From: an uncultured Methanosarcinaceae archaeon
Lineage (GTDB): Archaea; Halobacteriota; Methanosarcinia; Methanosarcinales; Methanosarcinaceae
DNA length: 64,000 nucleotides
Direction: 5' to 3'
Assembly: GCA_963847185.1 (NCBI GenBank)
Contig: CAWJYV010000007.1
Location: 512,001-576,000 of the forward strand
A model generated the notes under the pieces. It was not told where the DNA came from, made no database searches, and was given only the letters and a program-made list of their open reading frames with translations. Shown in pieces: positions 10,386 to 20,894 of the stretch (position 1 is its first letter; each line of letters begins with the position of its first letter). A program made the translations under genes and the position numbers.

Positions 10386-10786
10386 TTTTCGCTTATGTTC
10401 CTCTTCTTATACAGAACGTTGTGTAAAACTTTTCTACTTTAACTAGGCGTATTGTGTCAACTTTTCTATTCTCAAAGTATATTTTTCTATCTATGAATTG
10501 GAGCCTATCAAAACAGCTTGTAGCAAAAAAGAATGTTAAAAGTTAATTCAGGTTGAACCTTCAGGCTCTTAAATACTGGATAAAAGTAAAACAGATATGA
10601 ACAAATCTATTATTTTGGGGTTCAAAAAAGATCGGGAAATCCTTACAATGGATGAGCTGAGATACTTTATATAACAGAGTAAGGGTAAGCTCTTAAGGAG
10701 TAAGCAATAGTTTACAGTATTATAATAGAAAACCCGCAAACTTCAGTTCACGGGTTATCTACTACTTTGGATAAGTTTCTTTCCTT

Positions 10787-12406
10787 TTAGATGCCTGCTA
10801 CTGTCAGGTTTTCCCATTTAAACCTGTCATCAGGACAGGCGTGAAGGCAGCGCTGGCAGTTTGCTCCATCACAGAGGTCGGTTCTGATCTTCACAGTTCC
10901 GTTTTCCTCCATCCTTAGAGCTCCATTGGGACAAACCTTTACGCATTTATGACAGCTTTCGCAGTCTTCAATGACCATTGTAAGATAGGTCCCGACTTTT
11001 TCAAGCACTTCAAGTCCTTCGTTTCCGATATCCGGAATATCTCTTTCAACCCTGCGATCAATTTCCAGAATTGCTGATGGTTCATCAATCATCGGGAGTT
11101 TTTTCTTTTTCAGGAACTTCTGAAGCATCTTGAAAGCCATGCCTTCATTCCAGTAAGCAAGTTCAAGTAAATAGGCTTCTTTAAATGCCTCGGAGGTTGC
11201 AAACATTACATGAGTGCCCAGTATTTCCTTTGCAATTGCCTGCAGTTCCCAGAGTCTTTCTTCTGAAAGAAGGATTTCCCGAGCAACAATCAGAGAAGTA
11301 TTCCCTATCTGAGATACATAATGTGTATTGTAAGGGATCATTCCCACATGATGAGCTTTTGCAGCGTCCATGTAGGTTCCGGCAGCTCCTGACATGTGAG
11401 CTATCTTGAGATCTTCCATCTCGATCCCTGCAGCTCCACAGAGAGTAATATGTCCTGCCCGAAGTGCACCTATGGCTCTTCCGGCTGCAATGAGGTCTTT
11501 CTCTGTAAACTTGATTCCGTCCTGGAGGTAGATAATTCCCTCCGGAGTCTGAATTTTCGGCAGAACTATGAGCTTATTTCTCATCCCTGCTTCGATAAGG
11601 GCAATGACTCCTGTTCCTGTGATACCTTTTGCAGTGACCTCTCCTTTTTCTATTACTTCTCCAGTCTTGGGGTTCACAAGGTCTCCGACAACAGTCTTCA
11701 TGCTCTTGTCAAGAACGTAACAGCGCAGGTTTTCTCCTTCAAATTCTACATCACTGATTGTGTGAGGGGAAGCGATAGATCCGTATTCAATTTCCTGACC
11801 TTCAAGGGCAGGCCCTGCAGCAGCTGATCCAGTGTAGATGATTCCATTTGATTTCAGGGCCATTTCTGCATTTGTCCCGTAGTCAGTTGCAATCGCAATT
11901 TCATCACTCTCGATCATGCCTGCTTTTACAATAAGGGCAAGGGCGTCGGCTCCAACTTCGTGTTTAATTGAGGGGGGCACGAGGATTTTACAGTTTACGG
12001 CTTCTTCAAATCCCTCTATCTCAGTTATAGGTATAATCCGAGCATCTCTATTTTGCTCTTCAATATGATATTTTTGCTTTTTACGCTCTCCTGCATATGC
12101 CAGATCCTCGATAGGGATTCCCTGGAATATTGATAGCTGGATAGGGTTTCCACAGATTGAAAACTTTTCCATTTCAGCGAGGTTTACTCCAAGTTCTGTG
12201 AGAATGTTTTTTACCGCTGTTGCTGAGAGCCCATGGGCTTTATCAAGTCCGTAATGGATTGCAAAGTCAAGATGGTCCATTACGTTTGCTCCAGGCAGAG
12301 GATTCCGCAGCGTTATGACGGTTTTCTTGATTTCGCCGCTTTCCAGATCGATTTTCTGGGCCCTAAAACCACTGGTTCCCAGATCAATTGCAACTCCTGT
12401 TCTCAT
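10787..12406 (-). CDS. ramA: Corrinoid protein reductive activase (RamA family, methanol-linked)
   Basis: 539 aa; N-terminal AIDLGTSG and DYGTNAE (ASKHA), C-terminal ferredoxin-like CxxCxxCxxxCP plus a second Cys cluster; next to mtaA. Confidence 0.9.
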   Translation of the reverse strand: MRTGVAIDLGTSGFRAQKIDLESGEIKKTVITLRNPLPGANVMDHLDFAIHYGLDKAHGLSATAVKNILTELGVNLAEMEKFSICGNPIQLSIFQGIPIEDLAYAGERKKQKYHIEEQNRDARIIPITEIEGFEEAVNCKILVPPSIKHEVGADALALIVKAGMIESDEIAIATDYGTNAEMALKSNGIIYTGSAAAGPALEGQEIEYGSIASPHTISDVEFEGENLRCYVLDKSMKTVVGDLVNPKTGEVIEKGEVTAKGITGTGVIALIEAGMRNKLIVLPKIQTPEGIIYLQDGIKFTEKDLIAAGRAIGALRAGHITLCGAAGIEMEDLKIAHMSGAAGTYMDAAKAHHVGMIPYNTHYVSQIGNTSLIVAREILLSEERLWELQAIAKEILGTHVMFATSEAFKEAYLLELAYWNEGMAFKMLQKFLKKKKLPMIDEPSAILEIDRRVERDIPDIGNEGLEVLEKVGTYLTMVIEDCESCHKCVKVCPNGALRMEENGTVKIRTDLCDGANCQRCLHACPDDRFKWENLTVAGI

Positions 12407-12724
12407 GTCTTAACCTCCTCCAAAACAGTTTAAGACTTATTCAACGATGTACTGTAAATATATTTAGTTTTTATATTTAGTTTTTAACAAAATTCAATAA
12501 GTTTTATGCTGGATAAGCTATCTTTGTGAATTTTGCTCAATCATTCACTAGGCTAAACCTCCTGAACTGACAGCCTTTTTGGACTGGATCTGGATACTAT
12601 AATTCTTGAGGTTTTTCCTGGCAAATTCTAAAAAACATGAAACGGGATAGGATATTCCGAAGCTCTAATTATTCTAGAATTTCGGAATTTACCCGTGAAA
12701 AAATAAAATAATCTTGGTGCCTTT

Positions 12725-13753
12725 TCAGGCGTAGAATTCGTCTCTTGTTGCGACCATTGCTTTGATGTTTTCGAGTGGGGTCATGGGTGCAATACCACAG
12801 CCTGGTGCGAGTACATCAATGCCGCCTTCAAGAGCTTCTCTTGCTTCAGCTTTTATCTTGTCAATAGGTCCAGGCAGAAGAGTGAAAGGACTGGATACAT
12901 TTCCTACTAATCTTGCTCTGGTTCCGATTACTTCTTTTCCCTTCTTTACGCTGCCTATTTTTTCTTCAACGCTAAGACCTTCGAAGCCACAGTCTGCCAT
13001 GTAGCTGAGAATCGGGTTAACATTTCCGCAGACGTGGAGGATGGTTACTGAGTTCACACTTGAGGAGAACTTCTGCAGTCTTGCCTTAAGGAACTGCTTG
13101 AAGGAGTCAGGGCTCATGAGGTCAGGGGAACAAACAGGGTCTGCAATAGCAATAATGTCTGCGCCTGCTTCTACCATTGCATTTGCATACATGATTGAAG
13201 CTTCTGTGGCAAGGTCAAGAACCTGCTGGAAGAGGTCAGTCTTTTTAAGGGACCATTTCATGAAGGATTTTACACTTACCAGGTCGGAAGCGACTGTGAC
13301 AGGGCCTTCCATACCGCCGATAATTGGCACATCAGGACCTACTTTTTCCCTGACAATCTTTATGGCTTCGAGTACTGCTGGGATTCTGCCTTTTTGCAGG
13401 AGGTCTGCAGGAATGGATGCACCTTCAAGGTCCTTGGGGTAAGGATGAGCAGTGACAGACGGCTGTCTGTTCTTTGTACCCATGTTGATTTCACAGCCCA
13501 TGGCTTCAACAAGAACGGTAAGACAGTATGGGAGCCTTACAGCTTCAAGTCCGCTGAGCTCATAGTTGGCAATTGCCAGCTTTGCCATAAGTTCGGGGTT
13601 TGTGTGGGATTCGGGCCATGGTGCACCTACTGTGTCCATAAGCTCCACAATTCCGGTCTGGGTAACGGAGCAAACAGGTACTTTGTCGACAGGTTCGCCT
13701 TTGAGGGCAGCTAAAAGTCTTGTTTTAAGTGTAAATTCACTCATATCGGTCAT
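12725..13753 (-). CDS. mtaA: Methylcobamide:coenzyme M methyltransferase
   Basis: 342 aa UroD fold; zinc motif HVCG and APGCG. Confidence 0.92.
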   Translation of the reverse strand: MTDMSEFTLKTRLLAALKGEPVDKVPVCSVTQTGIVELMDTVGAPWPESHTNPELMAKLAIANYELSGLEAVRLPYCLTVLVEAMGCEINMGTKNRQPSVTAHPYPKDLEGASIPADLLQKGRIPAVLEAIKIVREKVGPDVPIIGGMEGPVTVASDLVSVKSFMKWSLKKTDLFQQVLDLATEASIMYANAMVEAGADIIAIADPVCSPDLMSPDSFKQFLKARLQKFSSSVNSVTILHVCGNVNPILSYMADCGFEGLSVEEKIGSVKKGKEVIGTRARLVGNVSSPFTLLPGPIDKIKAEAREALEGGIDVLAPGCGIAPMTPLENIKAMVATRDEFYA

Positions 13754-14239
13754 ACCTTTTCATTTTTATCTTGATAGATTTATTTTTAATACGCTTTTAT
13801 TGTCTACTTAGCAATATTATATAGACCTTTTCTATCCAAAATGTTTCTAATCTCGGATAGGGTCTCCAGATTTTCGAAACATATTTAAAAAATTATTAGG
13901 TTGTGCTTGAAATCGACAATACCTTTGAGTCTTCTTTACGCCTCGCTTAGAGCATGGATGAGAATAACAATTCTAAAAACAATTCTCAAACCCCTTGCGA
14001 TTGCGTTAAAACGCGACATTTTTTTAGTTACCAAATTATAAAAGCTATTTGTTGGATATTTTTTTCTCTCTTTTTTTTGATAAATGGGCTCATAATTTTT
14101 GAGCTCATTATTCTCTCTTTCTATTCTATCAAGATTATGTATCGAAAGAGTCGTTCACTATTTTATTTTGATTTTGAGGAGCCGAATGATCAACATTAAG
14201 CTTCTTATTCTTATGCTACATTGAATCATAGGGGTTTCG

Positions 14240-17086
14240 ATGGAGAAGAAGCTGGCTGGCAGTAAAAGCAAGATTTGCTTTCTTCAAGGCAACGAACATA
14301 GTATTTCTTTTTCCGAGTTTCTTCAAAGGTTAGGAGTTGATGAGAGAGGACTTAGCGATCAGGAAGCCAAAAAGAGGCTTCAGGACTGTGGACACAACGC
14401 CCTCGAAGAAACAGGAAAGGAGAGTATATTAAAAAAGTATGTCCGACAATTCAGAAATTTTTTTACTATCTTACTGGCTATAGGAGCTCTTCTGGCTTTT
14501 CTCGGAGAATATCTCGATCCGGGAAAGGGGAATCTTTATATAGGAATTGCTCTCGCCGGAGTTGTAATCCTTAATGGAACTTTCACATTTGTGCAGGAGT
14601 ATCAGGCTGAGAAAACAATGGAAAGTTTTCGGCAGCTTCTCCCTCCTCACGCAAAGGTTCTGAGAGATGGAAAAGTAAAGGATATCCTGGCTTCGGAACT
14701 TGTTCCAGGAGATGTTATCCTTCTTGAAGAGGGAGATAAGGTTCCGGCAGATGGGCGTTTAATCGAAGTCAATGCTTTGAAAATTGATAATTCGGCTATC
14801 ACAGGCGAATCAGAACCTCAGCTGCGCTCCCTTGAATGCACTCATCCTAATATACTGGAGTGCAGGAACATGGTTTTTTCAGGAACGCTGGTACAGAGCG
14901 GAAACGGAAAAGCTATCATCTTCGGAACAGGGCAGAATACCCAGATTGGAAACCTCGCAACACTTACAGGACAGATTTCAAATGTGGATACTCCCATTCG
15001 AAGGGAACTCAATCATTTCATAAAAATAATCTCTGCAATTGCTATTTTTCTGGGAGTAACTTTCTTTATTCTCGCTTTTCTTCTTCAGGATGTCTTTCTT
15101 GCAAGCCTTATTTTTGCAATTGGGATTATTGTTGCCAATGTTCCTGAGGGGCTTTTGCCCACGGTCACTCTTGCACTTAGTCTGGCTTCGAGACGAATGG
15201 CTTCGAGAAATGCCCTTATTAAACAGCTTGAATCTGTAGAAACTCTGGGCTCAACTACTGTTATCTGTACGGATAAAACCGGGACTCTTACTCAGAATAA
15301 GATGACAGTCAATAGTCTTATGCTTGGATTTGAATGTATCGTTCTTGAGAACCCTCTCAGCTCTAAAAAACGGAATATGGAGCAGAAGATAGAAGATATG
15401 AACAGGGGTGCTGCTAAAGAAACTGCAGACTCAGGGACCGAAGGATTTTGTCTTATAGAAAAACCTGTGTGGAAGCCAGAAATATTATCATCTGTTCTCA
15501 TAAGAGTTGCAGGACTCTGTAATAACGCAAAACTTAGCGAGTTGCCTCCGGGATATACTGGTGATCCAACTGAAGGGTCACTCCTTGTTTTTGCGAACAA
15601 TATTGAAGACATAAAGCAGCTCAAGAGTGAATATCCAAGGCTTGAAGAGTTTCCTTTCGATTCTCTTACCAAAAGAATGGAAGTTATCTGCCGTACTCCT
15701 GGAGGAGAACTCGAAGTTTATCTTAAAGGCGCTCCGGAGGTAGTTGTGAAGATGTGCAGTTCAGCCACATATTCAGGAGGAATTAAGAAACTGAATGAAG
15801 CTGAACAACAGGAGCTTCTTGACCGGCACCTGAGACTTGCAAAAAAAGGAGAACGGATTATTGCTCTTGCTTACAGGCAGGCAGAAGAACAAAAGGAGTA
15901 TAACGGTGATTTTATTTTTCTTGGATTTATCGGAATTGTAGATCCCCCACGTCCCGAAGCTAGAGACGCTATTGCAAAATGCCACGCAGCCGGGATCAAA
16001 GTTGTAATGATCACCGGTGATCACCCTGTCACTGCAGAGTCAATTGCAAAGGATGTGGGACTTGCAGATTCCGGAAGCCTTGAAATTATTACGGGAGACG
16101 AGTTGAATTCACTCTCACGTACAGACCTTGCTTCAAGATTAAAAAACCCAAGCATTGTATTCGCCCGCACTTCTCCTGTGCAAAAATTAAAAATAGTACA
16201 GCTTTTCCAGGCTGAAGGGGAGATCGTAACTATGACCGGAGACGGCGTTAACGATGCTCCTGCAATCAAGAACGCAGATATGGGGGTTGCCATGGGCAGC
16301 GGCACGGATGTAGCACGCGAAGCTGCAGATATGATTCTTCTGGACGATAATTTCGCTACGATTGTAAACGCTGTTGAAGAAGGAAGGACAGTTTTCGATA
16401 ATATAAAAAAGTTCATTGTATACATTCTTGCCAGTAATGTTCCTGAGATCCTGCCTTTCATAGCTTTTGTTCTTTTTGCCCTGCCCCTTCCTATGCCTGT
16501 ACAGCTTATTCTTGCAATTGATCTGGGTACTGATATGCTGCCTGCGATTGCTTTAGGGCAGGAAAAAGGAGAAGGAGACATTATGAAAAGGCCTCCCAGG
16601 CACAAAGACGAAAAGTTGTTAACGCCTCCGATTCTTTTTACAGCTTATGGAGTAAAAGGGCCTATAGAAGCCGCTGCAGGCTTTTTCTGTTATTTTGCTG
16701 TACTTTTTGAAGGAGGCTGGAGTTTCGGCGAACAGCTCTCAAGTAATAATCCTCTTTATATGCAGTCAATAACTGCTTTCTTTTCAGCAGTTATTATCTG
16801 TCAGATTGCTAATGTTTTTGCTTCTCGAACCCGGTTCCAGTCAGTCTTCACAATGGGATTATTCAGCAACCGTATGGTTCTTCTGGGAATTGCATCTGAG
16901 CTGTTGATTCTTGCTCTTATTATCTGGAATCCATTTGCCAATCTTATTTTTAACACATCTCCCCTTGACCTCAAATATATCTTGCTTTCTGTTCCTTTTG
17001 CAGTCTTCCTGCTTGGAATTGATGAATTGAGAAAATATTTATTGAGAAAGAATGTTAGCTGGGCAGAGAGGTTCTTTAAGTGGTAA
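14240..17086 (+). CDS. Cation-transporting P-type ATPase (type IIC, Na/K-ATPase-like)
   Basis: TGES, VANVPEGL, DKTGTLT, KGAPE, TGDGVND, SNVPEI, IDLGTD. Confidence 0.92.
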   Translation: MEKKLAGSKSKICFLQGNEHSISFSEFLQRLGVDERGLSDQEAKKRLQDCGHNALEETGKESILKKYVRQFRNFFTILLAIGALLAFLGEYLDPGKGNLYIGIALAGVVILNGTFTFVQEYQAEKTMESFRQLLPPHAKVLRDGKVKDILASELVPGDVILLEEGDKVPADGRLIEVNALKIDNSAITGESEPQLRSLECTHPNILECRNMVFSGTLVQSGNGKAIIFGTGQNTQIGNLATLTGQISNVDTPIRRELNHFIKIISAIAIFLGVTFFILAFLLQDVFLASLIFAIGIIVANVPEGLLPTVTLALSLASRRMASRNALIKQLESVETLGSTTVICTDKTGTLTQNKMTVNSLMLGFECIVLENPLSSKKRNMEQKIEDMNRGAAKETADSGTEGFCLIEKPVWKPEILSSVLIRVAGLCNNAKLSELPPGYTGDPTEGSLLVFANNIEDIKQLKSEYPRLEEFPFDSLTKRMEVICRTPGGELEVYLKGAPEVVVKMCSSATYSGGIKKLNEAEQQELLDRHLRLAKKGERIIALAYRQAEEQKEYNGDFIFLGFIGIVDPPRPEARDAIAKCHAAGIKVVMITGDHPVTAESIAKDVGLADSGSLEIITGDELNSLSRTDLASRLKNPSIVFARTSPVQKLKIVQLFQAEGEIVTMTGDGVNDAPAIKNADMGVAMGSGTDVAREAADMILLDDNFATIVNAVEEGRTVFDNIKKFIVYILASNVPEILPFIAFVLFALPLPMPVQLILAIDLGTDMLPAIALGQEKGEGDIMKRPPRHKDEKLLTPPILFTAYGVKGPIEAAAGFFCYFAVLFEGGWSFGEQLSSNNPLYMQSITAFFSAVIICQIANVFASRTRFQSVFTMGLFSNRMVLLGIASELLILALIIWNPFANLIFNTSPLDLKYILLSVPFAVFLLGIDELRKYLLRKNVSWAERFFKW

Positions 17087-17370
17087 CTTTAAATAACTAC
17101 TATTATTTTTTTACCTGGCAATGTTGAAATTTATTTTGACTTTTAGGCCCTCATTTAAGATTCTTTTCTTGCATAAAAGGCTTAAAAGCTCTATTTTGGC
17201 CAAAAAGAAAAAAATTAATCCTATTTATCTAAAATTCTAAAAAAATTATTTTATTATGAGAACAATAGAAAACTTTTATATAGGATTCTAATTTAATTTT
17301 ATCTGTTGAATTTCTGTTATAATATTTTCCTGTTCATTCCAATCTCCAACCCATCGTCAGAGTTTAAAGT

Positions 17371-20300
17371 ATGAATGTTAGTAAAAAGATCCTTGTTATT
17401 ATTTACATTATTTTTGCTCTTCTTACTTCAGTTGTTATTTTCGCGTCTCAGAATATCCTTTATTCAAGTTTTTCTTCCCTTGAGGATGATGAGGCAAATG
17501 ATAGCCTGGAAAGTGCAAGAAACTTCCTCGATTTTCAGGTTATGCAATTAAATGAGACTAATTCCGTGCTTTCCTCAAGGGAAGATGTCAGAGCTTTTAT
17601 GTTCAGTCAGGACCCTGGAGATCTCAGCAGGATTTCTTTCACAGATCTTTTCTCCCTAAGTGGATGTGACTTCATTTTTCTTGCGAATAGTTCAGGAAAT
17701 ATAATTTATAAGTTTTCGGGATCAAATAATACCAGTGATGCCCTGATATTTTCCGAGATCACAAGAAAAATAGATGGTGGAAATCTCCTTTGCAAGGACG
17801 CAAAAAGTCCTCTAAGTGGGCTTCTTACAATAGGAAGCAACTTTTCAATCGTTTCTTCTCACCCTGTACTTGCGGCACCCAATAGTGAAGAGATGATCGG
17901 GACAGTTATTCTGGGTAAGAATCTGGAACCCGATTTTACCTATTCTTTGCGCAATATTGCAGGAAATCATGTTTCGCTTTTTACTGAGGAATCAGCACCT
18001 GATTATTTGCAGCAAGCATTTCTAGACAATAAAAGCGAAAGTGTCTCATATACTGTCACAGCAAATGGAGTATCTCGAAATTATTGTATTCTCAAAGATA
18101 TCAATAATGAAACAGCTGCTGCGGTCCAGATAGACGCTAACAGTGATATAAGTGCAGTAGGCCAAGAATCTCTCAGGTACATTGTAATTTTCCTTTTGTT
18201 TGCAGGTCTGATGATTGGGGCAGGCTGTAAACTTCTACTTGATAAAGAAGTAGCCTCGAGGATAGTAGCAATTGATAATTTTGTGGAAAAGGTCGGAAAG
18301 GATGAAAATTCTTCTGAACGCTTCTCCATGGATGGAGACGATGAACTTTCACGATTGTCAGAGGGAATTAACCAGATGCTTGACCGTCTGAAAACGACTT
18401 CTGATAAAATCAAAATTCAAGAGCGTGAAAAAAACGTAATCCTCAATTCTCTCAGTGAGATGGTGGTTTTTATGGATCCAGACTTGAAGATCCTCTGGAT
18501 GAATAAAGCCTCTCTGGGCCACCTAAATCTAAAGTTTGAGGGCATAGTCGGACACCGTTATGAAGAGATCTATAGCTTATATCATAAGAATCCGGGTAAA
18601 TCTCCTGTACTGAAGGCAATAGAGTCCGGAAGCGAAGAGCTAGGGGAAGTCGTTACTCCTGATGGAAAGGTATGGATGATTCGTGCGAGCCTTGTGAAGG
18701 ATGAAAATGGTAAAATTACCGGTATTCTCCAGACAGGTCTCGATATTACCGAACATAAGCGTTCAGAAGAAAAGCTAATTCAGGCAAAACTGGAAGCTGA
18801 AGCTGCCAACCGTACAAAAAGTGAATTCCTCGCTAATATAAGTCACGAATTAAGGACGCCTCTGAATTCTGTCATCGGATTTTCGGATATCCTGCTTGAA
18901 AGGGTTTTCGGAGAGCTCAATGATAAACAATTAAAATATATAAATAACATCTCTACCAGTGGGAAGCATTTACTAAAACTCATAAATGATATCCTCGATC
19001 TCTCCAAAGTAGAAGCCGGAAAAATGGAACTTCATTACAGTGAATTTTCTGTTGATTCAGTTTTTGAGGAGGTTAAAGTAGTTCTCATCCCTCTCGCTCA
19101 GACAAAATCACTTGAGATTTACTTCAACGTAAAATCCGAGTTTACAACTCTTGAGGCTGACAGAAGCCGCCTGATTCAGATCCTTTATAACCTTGCAAGC
19201 AATTCAATCAAATTTACTCCCGAAGGGGGAAAAGTCACCATTTCTTGTATAAAGAGTGGAAGCTTAGCGTTAATCTCAGTAACAGATACCGGCATAGGAA
19301 TTTCTGCTGAAGACCAGAGAAAACTTTTCCAGCCTTTTACCCAGATTGATGCTTCCTCATCCAGACAGTATTGTGGAACAGGACTCGGACTAGCTCTTGT
19401 GAAAAAAATTGTAAATTTACATCAGGGAGATATCTGGGTTGAGAGTGATATTGGAAAAGGCAGCACTTTTACATTTTCAATTCCTCTTAGAAAACCGATC
19501 GATTCCAGGAAAGCTAATGAATCAGAACTCGAAGATGTTGTCCTGAATTTCGAGACGAACAAAGCGGAGGCGTTCTCAAAAGAATCTGCCGATGATCTTC
19601 AGGCCGATATAGAGATACTTGAAAGTTATCTCCCTGAAACAGAAGGTGGGAATCAGGGGCTTGTTCTTGTAGTTGATAACGATAAAAATTCCAATGATCT
19701 CCTTTCTATTGTATTAAGAGAGGCAGGGTATAGTATAGCTTCTCTTTTTAATGGGAAAAGTGTTCTGGAGACTGCAAGGAGGCTCAAACCTGATATTATT
19801 ACTTTTGATGTCCTCCTTCCAGACATTGATGGTTGGATTGTTTTGAGACAGCTCAGAAATGATCCTCAAACTGCCTCAATTCCGATACTTATTATTTCTT
19901 CGACAAATAATAACGAACTTGGAATTGTTCTTGGAGCGACATATTCCTTTACAAAGCCAGTAAAAAGATCAGAGATTGTGGGTTCCCTCAAAGAAATCAC
20001 CGGTAAATTACGGTTTGAAAATCCAAGAATTCTCGTTGTCGACAATGATGAAAATAACGTAGAACTGTTGAGTTCTATGATCGAACCCGAGGGTTTTGAG
20101 GTGGTCAAAGCTTATAGCGGAAGAGAAGGTCTGAAAAAGCTCTTTTCAGAAAAACAGCCTGATGTAGTAATCCTTGATCTTATGACGTCTTGTGTTAGTG
20201 GTTTTGATGTGATCTCAAGCATGAGGGCACATTTAAGCACAAAAAATGTTCCTCTTATTGTCTGCACGTCTGGGCAACTCACTGAGAAAAACATTAAAGA

Positions 20301-20436
20301 ATTGAACAGTAAATTGAAAGAGCATTTTATTTCTATTTTGAAAAAAGGCACTTTCGGAAGAAAAGAGTTAATTAATAGGATAAAACAATTAGCTATGCTG
20401 AAGAGGCTTAACGATGAAAGAAATTCTGATTGTTGA
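17371..20436 (+). CDS. Membrane hybrid sensor histidine kinase (CHASE4-like, HAMP, PAS, HisKA, HATPase, two REC domains)
   Basis: 2 TM segments; SHELRTPLN H-box, N/G1/F/G2 boxes and two C-terminal receiver domains. Confidence 0.92.
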   Translation: MNVSKKILVIIYIIFALLTSVVIFASQNILYSSFSSLEDDEANDSLESARNFLDFQVMQLNETNSVLSSREDVRAFMFSQDPGDLSRISFTDLFSLSGCDFIFLANSSGNIIYKFSGSNNTSDALIFSEITRKIDGGNLLCKDAKSPLSGLLTIGSNFSIVSSHPVLAAPNSEEMIGTVILGKNLEPDFTYSLRNIAGNHVSLFTEESAPDYLQQAFLDNKSESVSYTVTANGVSRNYCILKDINNETAAAVQIDANSDISAVGQESLRYIVIFLLFAGLMIGAGCKLLLDKEVASRIVAIDNFVEKVGKDENSSERFSMDGDDELSRLSEGINQMLDRLKTTSDKIKIQEREKNVILNSLSEMVVFMDPDLKILWMNKASLGHLNLKFEGIVGHRYEEIYSLYHKNPGKSPVLKAIESGSEELGEVVTPDGKVWMIRASLVKDENGKITGILQTGLDITEHKRSEEKLIQAKLEAEAANRTKSEFLANISHELRTPLNSVIGFSDILLERVFGELNDKQLKYINNISTSGKHLLKLINDILDLSKVEAGKMELHYSEFSVDSVFEEVKVVLIPLAQTKSLEIYFNVKSEFTTLEADRSRLIQILYNLASNSIKFTPEGGKVTISCIKSGSLALISVTDTGIGISAEDQRKLFQPFTQIDASSSRQYCGTGLGLALVKKIVNLHQGDIWVESDIGKGSTFTFSIPLRKPIDSRKANESELEDVVLNFETNKAEAFSKESADDLQADIEILESYLPETEGGNQGLVLVVDNDKNSNDLLSIVLREAGYSIASLFNGKSVLETARRLKPDIITFDVLLPDIDGWIVLRQLRNDPQTASIPILIISSTNNNELGIVLGATYSFTKPVKRSEIVGSLKEITGKLRFENPRILVVDNDENNVELLSSMIEPEGFEVVKAYSGREGLKKLFSEKQPDVVILDLMTSCVSGFDVISSMRAHLSTKNVPLIVCTSGQLTEKNIKELNSKLKEHFISILKKGTFGRKELINRIKQLAMLKRLNDERNSDC

Positions 20437-20779
20437 AGATAATCCAATGAATATGGAACTGATTCTGGATCTTCTGGAATTCTATGGGCACAACGTAACA
20501 GAAGCTGAGGACGGGATAAAAGCTCTTGAACGCCTTGCTGAGAAAAAGTTTGATCTCATCCTGCTGGATATGCAACTTCCAAAAATGGATGGTTTGGAAG
20601 TTCTGGATCGAATAAAAAAGAATCCTGCAACTGCGGCTATCCCTGTGATAGCTGTTACAGCCCATGCTATGAAAGGTAGTGAAGAGCATTTCATTGAAAT
20701 GGGCTGCGTGGATTATATTTCCAAACCCCTTGATATCCACAAGTTCAGGGCTTTGATTGATAAATATCTGGGAGAATAA
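20414..20779 (+). CDS. Single-domain response regulator
   Basis: 121 aa; VEDN, LLDMQLP, VTA, YISKP; overlaps the kinase 3' end. Confidence 0.93.
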   Translation: MKEILIVEDNPMNMELILDLLEFYGHNVTEAEDGIKALERLAEKKFDLILLDMQLPKMDGLEVLDRIKKNPATAAIPVIAVTAHAMKGSEEHFIEMGCVDYISKPLDIHKFRALIDKYLGE

Positions 20780-20878
20780 TCACCTGAGAAAATAACCGCC
20801 TGAGAAAATAATCGTCTGAGAAAATAATCGTCTGAGAAAATAATCGCCTGAGAATAATTCCCCGGAGAATAATCACCT
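20772..20878. repeat. Degenerate 14-16-bp tandem repeat x7 (GAGAAAATAATCGYCT)
   Basis: Seven adjacent units between two convergent genes. Confidence 0.88.
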
Positions 20879-20894
20879 GGCTTCATAATTAAAA

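Noticed and set aside
9781-10446. 221-aa plus-strand ORF, and similar antisense ORFs such as 16021-16605 and 26860-27375
   Set aside because: Shadows of well-supported genes on the opposite strand, with no recognisable motifs.
20772-20878. Possible CRISPR array
   Set aside because: Units are only 14-16 bp, there are no spacers, and no cas genes are present.
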